Source: a virus. From it: a stretch of DNA of 64,000 bases. The stretch covers positions 30,580 to 94,579 of the IMG/VR virus record IMGVR_UViG_3300036820_000008; one strand, given 5' to 3'. Numbering within the stretch: position 1 is the first letter of the stretch; each line of letters begins with the position of its first letter. The translations under genes were made by a program, and so were the position numbers. This document shows positions 19,816 to 28,681 of the stretch, in pieces. The notes beneath the pieces were generated by a model, which was not told where the DNA came from, did no database searches, and saw only the letters and a program-made list of their open reading frames with translations.

Positions 19816-20820
19816 TCACTCGTCCGTGGTGTCCTGTGTGGTGTCTTCGCTCGCGGTGTCCTGTGTGGCGTCGGTGGGGGTGTCGTCGGTTGCCTCCGCG
19901 TCCGTGGGGGCCTCCGTGAGGCCTGCGGCAGTTTCGGACTCGGTGAGCCAGTCACTTCTCTGCGGCCGGGGGAGGTGCTTCAGCCACTCGTCACGGTCGG
20001 CCGGGAAGTGGTGGATCCACTGGGCCGCGCACTGCCGGGCCTCAGCGAGCCCGCCGATGCCGGCCAGGATGCCGTTGGGGTCGGAGCCGGTAGGGTCGGC
20101 CGGGTTATCGAGGCTGTGGATTGCCGCACCGATGGCCTCGACGAGAACGAGTGCGAGGTCACGCTTGGCCTGCCGGGATGCGGACTTGCCAGTGCCTTTG
20201 CCCGATCCTGTGCCCTTGGCCGTGGCCCAGACTCCACCGAGTTTGGCGACGCAGGTGTGGATGTGGACCGCGCCGGTGTATCCGTTCTCGGCCAGCCAGG
20301 CGTCGCTGGGGTCGGGGTCGGTCATCTCCGTGCTGGGGTCCGCTGGGTCGGCCTTGGGGTGCACGGGCTGGGGAGGGGTGCCGCTGGGGTCGTCCTCCTG
20401 GGTCCAGGACTCGCGGATCTGGTCATCCCACAGCTGGCAGATGAGGTCGTGCGGATCCTCCACCAGTGCGGAGCCGGGACGCTCGTAGTCGGACTTCCGC
20501 GTGTCACGCTTGAGTATGGGGCACTTGGGGGTTTCCTCGTCGCCGGTGACGTGAACCTGGAAGTCTCCGTCCTTGAGAACGAAGCTGAGCAGGTCGCGCG
20601 GGTCCTCCACTTCGTGGGCCGGGATCTTGGCCGGGGAGAGCTTGCCGTTCTTGCGGGAGACCCGGATCTTCAGATCCTTGGCCGTGAGCCCGCACTCCGG
20701 GCAGCCAGGAAGGCTCGAGGTTGCTGCTGTGTTCGTCCTTGGGTCCGTGGAGTCACCTTCTGTCTGGGGGATGTAGACCCAGGCCTGGTTCTCACCGGCG
20801 CACTCAATGATGGTTGACAT
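19816..20820 (-). CDS. Modular early protein (Zn ribbon + domain A + domain B)
   Basis: Strong GC3 bias; shares domains with 21138-21731 and 27289-27723. Confidence 0.85.
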   Translation of the reverse strand: MSTIIECAGENQAWVYIPQTEGDSTDPRTNTAATSSLPGCPECGLTAKDLKIRVSRKNGKLSPAKIPAHEVEDPRDLLSFVLKDGDFQVHVTGDEETPKCPILKRDTRKSDYERPGSALVEDPHDLICQLWDDQIRESWTQEDDPSGTPPQPVHPKADPADPSTEMTDPDPSDAWLAENGYTGAVHIHTCVAKLGGVWATAKGTGSGKGTGKSASRQAKRDLALVLVEAIGAAIHSLDNPADPTGSDPNGILAGIGGLAEARQCAAQWIHHFPADRDEWLKHLPRPQRSDWLTESETAAGLTEAPTDAEATDDTPTDATQDTASEDTTQDTTDE

Positions 20821-21086
20821 GACTGCCTGCTTTCCTCTGGGGTTGCTGTTTGTTTGCTTTCGGTTGGTTTTCCGGGGGTTTGCTTTTGTTCTTTCGGTTC
20901 CTGCTGGTTTCTCGTCAGCCCGGCGGCTCTTACCTCGTCCCGGGCGGGACGCTAGTCAAACTATACCCTGTGATCGGCCGGTATGGGTAGGGTAGGGGGA
21001 GGATTCTTAGGCTCTATTTTCGACTACTTTGAGTTAGCATACCATGCGGTCTGCCTACGTGCAGTAACGGGTGGCTCCTGGCTGGG

Positions 21087-21126
21087 GTGTGCCGGTGTGT
21101 GCCGGTGTGTGCCGGTGTGTGCCGGT
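21087..21126. repeat. Tandem repeat (GTGTGCCGGT) x4
   Basis: Read directly. Confidence 0.9.
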
Positions 21127-21137
21127 GCTGGGGTATC

Positions 21138-21731
21138 CTACTGCTCGTACTGGATGTAGTCACGCTTGTGATCGCTCCATCCATCGCGGAGTGTGATCTC
21201 GTCCGGCGGGATACAGGTGTGGCAGAACTTTGTGTGTCGTATGTAGCCGTGTTCCTTTAGCCACTTCTTCGTGGGGACGAGCCAGTATCCTGGGTAGTCT
21301 GGATCTGTATGGTCTATGCGCCATCCCCTGGGTCCTGGCTCGCTCCTGTTTATCTCGCTCCTGTTTCTTTTGTTGCCATTTCTGCTCGCCCTTCTCTCCT
21401 CCTCGGCCCATGCGAGCTTGATGCTTTCCTGCCAGACCTGGACTATTGCGTCCTTGCGCGTGAATGCCCAGAGGAGATGAATGAATGGCTCTGCCTCTGT
21501 TCTCTTGGGCCGACCTGCTCGGGCATAGTCTCGTTTGATGCCAGGACATCCGGGTAGGTGGATCTTGTATGTGTTCTCGTCGTAGTCTGTGTAGATCATC
21601 TGGAGCTCGGGGTATGGGGCTATTCGCTGGGCTGGTAGCTCTCCGTTCATTATTGCTATCTCACGGAGGGTGGGGATCATGTTGGCGGTTGATCCGACCT
21701 TTTGCTTGAATTCTCTTGATCCTCTAGGCAT
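21138..21731 (-). CDS. Hypothetical protein (domain A family), leaderless
   Basis: ATG 7 nt after GG-TATAAT; similarity to the middle of 19816-20820. Confidence 0.75.
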   Translation of the reverse strand: MPRGSREFKQKVGSTANMIPTLREIAIMNGELPAQRIAPYPELQMIYTDYDENTYKIHLPGCPGIKRDYARAGRPKRTEAEPFIHLLWAFTRKDAIVQVWQESIKLAWAEEERRASRNGNKRNRSEINRSEPGPRGWRIDHTDPDYPGYWLVPTKKWLKEHGYIRHTKFCHTCIPPDEITLRDGWSDHKRDYIQYEQ

Positions 21732-22119
21732 AGGCGGTATTATACCTCGTCCCGTCCGGGGTCTCGTGCAACGTCTTGTGCATGTTGCGTCCTGCGTTCC
21801 CCTCCCTGCCTTCCCCGCTCTCGCGCGCGTAGGCGCGCGTATATCCCTACCCTAGGGAATTCTACGACTTCTAAACCGTTACAGTAACTTCTCACCTCCT
21901 GCAGGAGCGGGTGCTGTGTGGGGATTGGATGGGGATTGAGCGGGGGTGGAGAGGGGGCTAAATTTCCGTCCGGGCTTGTGGGAGTGTTGATGGGTCCCTT
22001 ATCATATATTGAGAATATATAGTAGGTACGTAAGAAGCTATTGAAGCTAGCGGGTATAGGGTATAGTAACTCACCCGTGCAGTCGTTTTCTGGCACGCAA
22101 CAGCCGGAAAATTTCCGAA

Positions 22120-22160
22120 GGGGTATTCAGGGGTATTCAGGGGGTATTTCAGTGGTATTT
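22120..22160. repeat. Degenerate tandem repeat GGGGTATTCA x~4
   Basis: Read directly. Confidence 0.8.
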
Positions 22161-22466
22161 ACTGTTATTTCACGTGCTTCGAGGCAGTATAAGCCGTCTT
22201 TCGGCTGTTTCGAGGTCGTTTCCAGCCATAATTAACCGTGGAAACGACCCCTGCACACATGAAAAGTGCATGATTTCAGCGATTTTCGGACGGCTGCACC
22301 GCCCACATCGCCGCAGCGTACGGGTAGAAATCGTAGGTAGTTTTCGGCCTTTTCGGGAGAAAGCTGTAATCAGTGCCGCAAACCATGTGTGCGCATCTAA
22401 ATTCGCCCATTTTCAGCACTAAATCGCCATCTCGAGGGCATAATCTGTCTCAGCAGCAGGCGAGAT

Positions 22467-22498
22467 CGTTAGCGGCGCTAAATAAGAGCCATATGCAT
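22467..22498 (+). repeat. 32-bp site, copy 1 (CGTTAGCGGCGCTAAATAAGAGCCATATGCAT)
   Basis: Matches inverted copies at 22798-22829 and 23567-23598. Confidence 0.8.
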
Positions 22499-22536
22499 CG
22501 GAATCATGGCTGTATTGCATACGGTATAATAGGGAC

Positions 22537-22759
22537 ATGAGCGCCTATGTCAACTTCGATTTTGTACGGCAAACATCACGAGAAACTGGTTTGCCTCAGG
22601 ATCCAGGCAATTGTACGGCCTCCAGAAGAGGCTGCCGAATGGCTCCTCGGCGAATTTTATCCTGGTGCAGAGCTCATCAGGGTGAAGCGTGTGGCTGCTG
22701 GCGGCAAGCCAGTCAAGATGAAAGGGCTGCAGAACAGGCCGATTCGCAGACGATCGTAG
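22537..22759 (+). pseudogene. Leaderless small gene with a 1-nt frameshift in a T4 run (~22560-22563); paralog of 23261-23497
   Basis: MSAYVNFD|LYGK aligns with MSALADYEIHGK; TGCATACGG-TATAAT-6nt-ATG. Confidence 0.6.
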
Positions 22760-22797
22760 GGGCTCGGGATGTCCGTCCACCGGGTTCTCAGAAACGA

Positions 22798-22829
22798 ATG
22801 CATAACGTTCTTAATTAGCGGCGCTAACG
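22798..22829 (-). repeat. 32-bp site, copy 2
   Basis: Reverse complement CGTTAGCGCCGCTAATTAAGAACGTTATGCAT. Confidence 0.8.
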
Positions 22830-23063
22830 GCTGTACCAGAGAATGGAACGACGAGCCTGCTAACGATATCGCCGCAGGCCCGCCGCCGTTTTCGGTTTTT
22901 CGGGGTTGTCTATTCAGGTGCTATTTTTGGCCTATTCAGGCTCCTCGCCCATGTCCTCGAGCTGAGCGTAGGCCTCCTCGAGGTCGTCTGCGAGGCCAAA
23001 GTCGACGAGTGCCTGGGCCTTGTCGTCGAATGATAGATCCTTGCCGAGATCGGACATTTTGCC

Positions 23064-23264
23064 CTACTTTCTTGTTATCTCTAGTGCGATTTTCTCTCTG
23101 GTGTGGAGATGCCACTCGTCTCGAATGGCATCAATGGCGTGATTCTCGTCCAGATTCGTCAGTGCGAACCGGAGAATCTTGTCCAGTCCCTCCTCGTTCA
23201 GGAGACCATTGGACGTGATGCCCTGTAGGTTGTCGATGAGTGCGTCGACCTCATTCTCGGTCAC
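23064..23264 (-). CDS. Small hypothetical protein
   Basis: AAGGAGG RBS; coupled to the upstream gene. Confidence 0.65.
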   Translation of the reverse strand: MTENEVDALIDNLQGITSNGLLNEEGLDKILRFALTNLDENHAIDAIRDEWHLHTREKIALEITRK

Positions 23265-23497
23265 CGCTTTGCCCTCCTTACGGGCTTGGCGTCCAGCTTG
23301 CGCGCGTCCACCTTGCCGATCTTCTTTGTGGGGCTGTATGCCGCGCGCTTCGTCAGTAGGAACTCCGCGGAGGGGTACCGCTCGTGTAGGATGTAGGCTG
23401 CGACCTCGGGGGTGGGGGTTGCCACTGCCCGCATGTTAACGATCACAGGTCCACGCTTAGTCTTGCCGTGTATCTCGTAGTCTGCAAGCGCGCTCAT
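23261..23497 (-). CDS. Small basic protein (leaderless), paralog of 22537-22759
   Basis: TGCAGGAGG-TATAAT-6nt-ATG; YPSAEF..KR motif shared. Confidence 0.72.
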   Translation of the reverse strand: MSALADYEIHGKTKRGPVIVNMRAVATPTPEVAAYILHERYPSAEFLLTKRAAYSPTKKIGKVDARKLDAKPVRRAKR

Positions 23498-23566
23498 AGC
23501 TCTATTATACCTCCTGCACGAGCGTATGGATAGCTTATATAAGTTCGTTATGCAGTATCCGGGTGT

Positions 23567-23598
23567 ATGCATAAGAGCCTTAATTACCGGCGCTAACG
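23567..23598 (-). repeat. 32-bp site, copy 3
   Basis: Reverse complement CGTTAGCGCCGGTAATTAAGGCTCTTATGCAT. Confidence 0.8.
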
Positions 23599-25590
23599 AA
23601 GTGCATGCCACTGAGAGCATATCGTTCCTCGCCGAACGAGCCTCGCGGAGACGCACCACCTCGTGTGGCTGTCAGGCCTGGCACTCGCTTATTTCGTGCA
23701 TCAGACGGGTGCCGTCGATGACCGCTTGGTACCACTCTTCGGTACCCCATGTCAGGCCTGCTGTGTCAAGTCGACCGTCGGAGGTGGTCAGGAAGTATGC
23801 CTCGCAGGCAGCGTTGGTGTAAGGTGATCCATACCACTCGGCCGCTGGGCATTCTTCCGGAATGTGCTCTACTGGGCTTGGGCACTCTGAGCATCCTGCC
23901 ATGGCTATCTCCTAGTCGTTGAATATGATGACGCGCCAGTCCAGCTTGGTGTCCACTGGCTTGAGGACCCACCACTGGGTGTCATTATCGTTGTCGACTT
24001 CGACGCTGTCCAGGACACATACAACCTGGTCTTTGCCGTCGTACTGAGACTCCATTGTGAAGCCCTCGTCGCAGGCATCGTCGTACACGCGGCCGAACTG
24101 GAAGCCAGCTCGCAGACCAAGGTCGGATGCCTCGGCGACGTATGATTTGTCCTTCTTGCTCCACGTGAATTTCTTGGAGCTCAGGATGGGCTGTGGCCTG
24201 AGTACTGTCATGTCACACCATCGGGATTCCGCGTCGGCGCTGCTGCTCGTAGTCAGCCTCCTGGACTGTGCCGGGAGTGAACTGCTCCGGATTGGCCGCG
24301 ATGTACTCGAGACTGGCGTCCGACATGTCGTATATCTCACGATATGTTTTGCTCTGCATTACTGTGCCTTCCTGATCATCTTGACGTACATCCGGTATAC
24401 GTACTCGCTGTCGTCGAACTCGAATGACGTATCTGTGTCGGTGCCGACTACGATTGTGGTGTCTATGTCCTCGAATATCGGATGGCCCTGAATCGTCTGT
24501 GCAATGGCCCTAGCCTGCGGCGATGTGGGGTCCACGAATTCCACCTTGCCATCGAGAATGTCCTCGAGGTAGATGTCCTTGCCGGTGTCTTCCATTGTGC
24601 TCCTTTTTATTTGGCTGTTATTCTGGAATCGGGTAGCTGGCATCCAGCTGCTCTTTGGACGCTCCTAGCGCCCAGTATGCTGCGCGAGCCCTCAGAACGC
24701 GCTGTAGGTATTCGTCTGGCGGAATCTGTCGGTTCATGGCCTCCTTGATCCTTGTGACAGTAGCATCGTCCAGATGCTCGCCATCAGGAATGGAGAAAAC
24801 ATATAGGTGATCGCCATCGGGGGTGTCGGATTGGCTAGGCATTGTTCTCCTCTGGGATTGTCCGCTTCCTGTGGACACCATCCTCGCCGGTACTCAGCAA
24901 CCGGCGGGATGGAATCAACAGGTCAGCCGTGTAGCTGGCTAAGGGTTCTGTCGTAGATCGGGGACATATCCTCGGCACAGTCCTGGGTGCGGATAGCCTC
25001 GGCCAGGCTGTGAAGGAGGGCTGCGACTGTTTCTCGATCGATGCCTTCGCCGAGAGCCATCTTGGCGGCGACGGTAGTGTTGTAGCTGAACATGTCCATG
25101 GCGAGGTGTACGTCGCAATCGTGATCTTCGTTGACACCCATCCACAGAGCGCAGTGGTGACACCACCTGCTTTCGCCGTTGATCTGATGTGGGACGTTCA
25201 TGACGTCGACGGTATTGTTCTTGCCGTTTGACATTATCGGTTCCTCGCAGCCTCGGAGTCGGCCATGTCGCTGTCGTAAGTATCCTCGGCTCGAACACAT
25301 GTGCCAGGCACGGGGTTGGGCCCCATCGTGACGGCGTCGGACAGCCGACAGATGCGCTCTATGGTGGCGTCGTCTTCGGCGTACTCGACATTCATGATCT
25401 CGGATCCGTTGAGCTGGACGCCTGTCTCGCCATACGTGATTACGACAGCTACGTCGGATGGCTGACAGCGATAATTGTGGACGAGCTCTCTGGTGACCAG
25501 GACGGTCGTCGTGATCTGATCAGCATCAAAGCTGATCAGAGTGACCATCACCGGCTCGTTCAGGAGCCATGCTGGAATGGACATTTCATT

Positions 25591-25670
25591 CTCCCTCTGA
25601 GCTACTATCGTGGTAGCTCCCCCGGTCGTCCCGCAGGGAAGTCGGGACGGCCAGAGCAGCTCGCCGCTAG
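25591..25670 (-). ncRNA. Twin-hairpin cis-RNA element, copy 1
   Basis: Conserved with 26651-26728, with compensatory stem changes. Confidence 0.55.
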
Positions 25671-26650
25671 AGATCTCCGCAGGGTCCGTCCTGAAGGCCA
25701 GGGGTCTCGTCCTCGTCTTCGTACGGACAGGAGATGTACTGTTCCCAGAGCTCACGCTCTCCGTCGATCTCCATCTCATCGAACATTGAGACGAATGGCA
25801 TGAAGTCATCGCCGACATCGACGAACTGGCCATTGAGCCACATCTTGCCGTCTGGGAAGAAGGTGATGAGCATCACGTCCCTGCCATTCTCAGGGAATCG
25901 CAGTGCTAGGTACTGTCCATCGCCGATCCTGCTCAGGGCAATCTTCTCGGTGATTACCCAGTCGTACTCGGGGGTCGGGAATTCCATCTTGTTGGTTTCC
26001 TTTCGGAGCGCCGGTACTGCTACTAGTCTACCCTACCGGGCAGCCTGCCCGCTACCCCTAGCCGACGGCAATATCGGCGTTGGGGTATCAGGCTAGTCAA
26101 CCGCTAGCTTGGCGGCTCGATCTCATCGGTGATCGTGAAGCGCAGCTCCCCGATGAGGAACTCCTCTTCAGCCTCGACCGTGAATGGCCCGAACTGCTTC
26201 TTCTCGTATCCGTACACGGGAAGGGCAGATAGGGCCGTGAACATGTCCTGGCCCTCAGGGCCGCTGTAATTGTTGACCAGGAACATGGCCGTCTGCGTGG
26301 ACGTCAGGTTGTCGAACTTGGGCATCAGCCGAACTCCCCGTCGTTGATCGTCGAGCGGGCTCGGATCAGCCCGTTGTAGGAGTCATGCCCGTACTGTTCG
26401 GCAGTGCACTTCTGGGCGATGACGTAGTAGCCGAAGTTCTGCGCCTGCTCGGCGGTGAACAGCGTCCACTCGGTGCCGACCACCGTGAATGGCTCCGGCT
26501 TGATGGGGTGTTTCTCTCGCCAGCGGTCGATGTCGGCGAGATAGCTGTCGAACTCTTCAGGGGTCATGTCCCCGATGTTCGGCATCAGAAGATCACGATG
26601 ATCAGGATGATGATCACGGCGACCCAGAACAGCTTCTTCATGAGGCTTCC

Positions 26651-26728
26651 TCTCCTCTGGCTACCTACCTTGGTAGCTCCCCCGAGCCATCCGTATAGGC
26701 ACGGATGGCCAGGGCAGCTCGCAGCTAG
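26651..26728 (-). ncRNA. Twin-hairpin cis-RNA element, copy 2
   Basis: See copy 1. Confidence 0.55.
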
Positions 26729-27288
26729 GAACTACAGGAACCTGATCGGGATGTAATTGTCGCATGCCTGACAGTATGCTGTCGGATTGTCACCGGCGAA
26801 CACGCCGGGGTGCTCGCATTCGCTACTGGCTCTGGGTGCTGGGCTGTTGACGTGGAGGGCGTCGTACGCGACCCTGAGAGCCGTCATGGCATCCTGCAGC
26901 CGGTCGAACGGAAGAGACACCACGCTCTCGTTGAAGCGCACATACCAGCGCTTGGATTTGGGGTTGCTGATGATGTCCCACTTGGCGTCCGCCTTCAGCA
27001 CGTAGTGCCGGCTGGCGAACCTGCGGGTCATGTCGTACGGCAGGTGACTGTCCAGGCGAAAGTACCTGCCGTACGGCGGGATTGCTCCGGTCATGGCTCA
27101 GTAGCCCCAGCCCATGGCCAGCATGGCCACGCACAGCATGATGGTCCAGATCGTGCCTACGATGATGCTCTTGGTGCTCATTTGACGTACCCTCTCTCGG
27201 AACGGCATCCCAACGGGCTGCCTCCCCGGCATCCGCGCCTCGGCGTGAGGCGCGGCTACCAGGGGGACGGACCGGCGTGACCTAGCGC

Positions 27289-27723
27289 CTAGGCGGTCTC
27301 GGCCTCGGTGTTCCAGCCAGCGCGCTGCGGCACGGGCAGGAAGTTCTTCCACGTCTTGCGATCGGCGGGGAAGTGGTGCACCCACTGGGCGACGATCTGG
27401 TCACGCTCTTCGGTCGTACCGACAGCGTTGGCCGGGTGGTCGGCGGGGAGCGCCTTGAGGGCGGAGCCCATGGCCTCGATCATCGCCGTGGCCAGGGCAG
27501 CCTTGGCCGCGCGCTTAACGGCGGGCGACGGCTTGGTCAGTTCGGCGGTAAGGGCGGCCATCTTGGCCTCGTACTTGGCCGTGATCTCGGCCGTCACGCG
27601 GGCCTCGATCTCAGCCGGGGTCTCCCGCTTGCTGTTCTTGGCCGGGCTGGGAACGGCCGCCAGCTTGACGGGCGCGCCCTCAGTGCTCTCGGTACCGGCC
27701 GGGGTGGGGTTGGTCTCAGGCAT
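27289..27723 (-). CDS. First early gene; domain B family (QWVHHFPADR)
   Basis: AGAGGA RBS, strong GC3 bias, paralog of the C-terminus of 19816-20820. Confidence 0.82.
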   Translation of the reverse strand: MPETNPTPAGTESTEGAPVKLAAVPSPAKNSKRETPAEIEARVTAEITAKYEAKMAALTAELTKPSPAVKRAAKAALATAMIEAMGSALKALPADHPANAVGTTEERDQIVAQWVHHFPADRKTWKNFLPVPQRAGWNTEAETA

Positions 27724-28180
27724 TTTCTTCTTCTTCCTCTGGGTTAGGTCCCTATCTGGGGCCTCTAACGTCCTAGCCGGGTAGATTACCGCAGCCCGCC
27801 TAGGGCGAAAGAGGTCATAGGGTAGCGCCGCCACAACAGCGCTAGCTATGGCCTTACAATTGGTTGGGGTCCTAGTCGTTGGTCTAGGCGTCCCCCGGCG
27901 TCAGTAGCCTTACTAGAGTCCTCTCCCTAGCGGTTCTACAATCCGGCCCGTCAGCACGGGCGTCGTTATTAGGTAGGCGTCGGTCGCTCTGATTTCTCAG
28001 TGGGAGTCATGTCTCCTAGCCGCACGTGCCGCTTTCTACAGCAGCCTTTACGCGCTAGGGGCTCGGACCAAACCGCCCAGTTCTTAAGTTTTGGAGTAGG
28101 ATCGGCGCGCGTCACGCACGCCCCCGCGCACCCCGCGCGGCCCCGGCCTTACCCTTTTTCCTTTTTCGCTTACAGCTTAA
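27724..28180 (-). ncRNA. Putative large structured leader or ncRNA
   Basis: No credible ORF; about 10-12 consecutive stem-loops; GG-TAAGCT -10 element at ~28178-28185. Confidence 0.5.
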
Positions 28181-28376
28181 GCTTACCGTACCGGGGTGGT
28201 AAAACCTAGGAAATGCAGTAACGGAATGGTAACGTTACACTGTAACTTTAGGTAGTGCACGACTACCTGCAGTAGCGCCCTGCCCTGGGGTTAACGTGCG
28301 CGTTAACTAACAGCGCTAGTATTATGGTAACCAAGGCGTCTGGAAGAACAGCGCTAGCGCTTAAAGTGTCCTAGAA

Positions 28377-28451
28377 ATACTGGAGAACGATTTTACACTT
28401 TCCAGCAAAGTGCACTCCGAATTCATATACTGGAGAACAATTTTACAGTTT
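28377..28451. repeat. Direct repeat ATACTGGAGAACRATTTTACA x2, 50-bp period
   Basis: Copies start at 28377 and 28427. Confidence 0.8.
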
Positions 28452-28612
28452 TGGAAGGACTGCACTCCATCGCTATCACTTTTGCAGAATTTCCAGCCGC
28501 TTGTCAGGGCAATTCCTGGAATAGCGCGGACAATGGAAATGTGTTTCCAGGGGAGTGTAGGAAGATAGCCGCCCAAGAGAGGAGGGAGTGGAGGGGAGAA
28601 TGGCGCAAGAGA

Positions 28613-28644
28613 GGGCCGGGCTCCCCGATGAGGAAGCCCGGCCC
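28613..28644 (-). terminator. Hairpin downstream of the lectin gene
   Basis: GGGCCGGGCT...AGCCCGGCCC 10-bp stem. Confidence 0.55.
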
Positions 28645-28681
28645 GAGAGATGCGGCAGGCGATAAGAGGAGCGATAAAGGA

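Larger units (their letters stand above)
23672..27181 (-). other. Early operon of ~14 small genes (e.g. 23672-23902, 23912-~24210, 24359-~24595, 24618-~24842, 24923-~25234, 25234-25584, 25667-25987, 26104-26325, 26325-26585, 26585-26641, 26732-27094, 27098-27181)
   Basis: Tight minus-strand tiling with RBSs; acidic small proteins typical of phage early or host-takeover regions. Confidence 0.7.

Noticed and set aside
19732-20817. 361-aa plus-strand ORF and other long antisense ORFs (e.g. 41906-42760, 34176-35147, 29968-30570)
   Set aside because: Shadow frames of GC3-biased genes on the opposite strand, with no recognisable motifs
20885-20925. Hammerhead-like CUGACGA...CGAAA on the minus strand
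   Set aside because: Stem II and stem III cannot be paired, and there is no suitable NUH site
21087-23598. CRISPR array
   Set aside because: Repeats are either spacer-less tandems or irregularly spaced and inverted; no cas genes
25611-26728. tRNA genes suggested by the ...GAGCUACCA ends
   Set aside because: No cloverleaf, T-loop or anticodon arm; the ACCA lies within a second hairpin before an RBS
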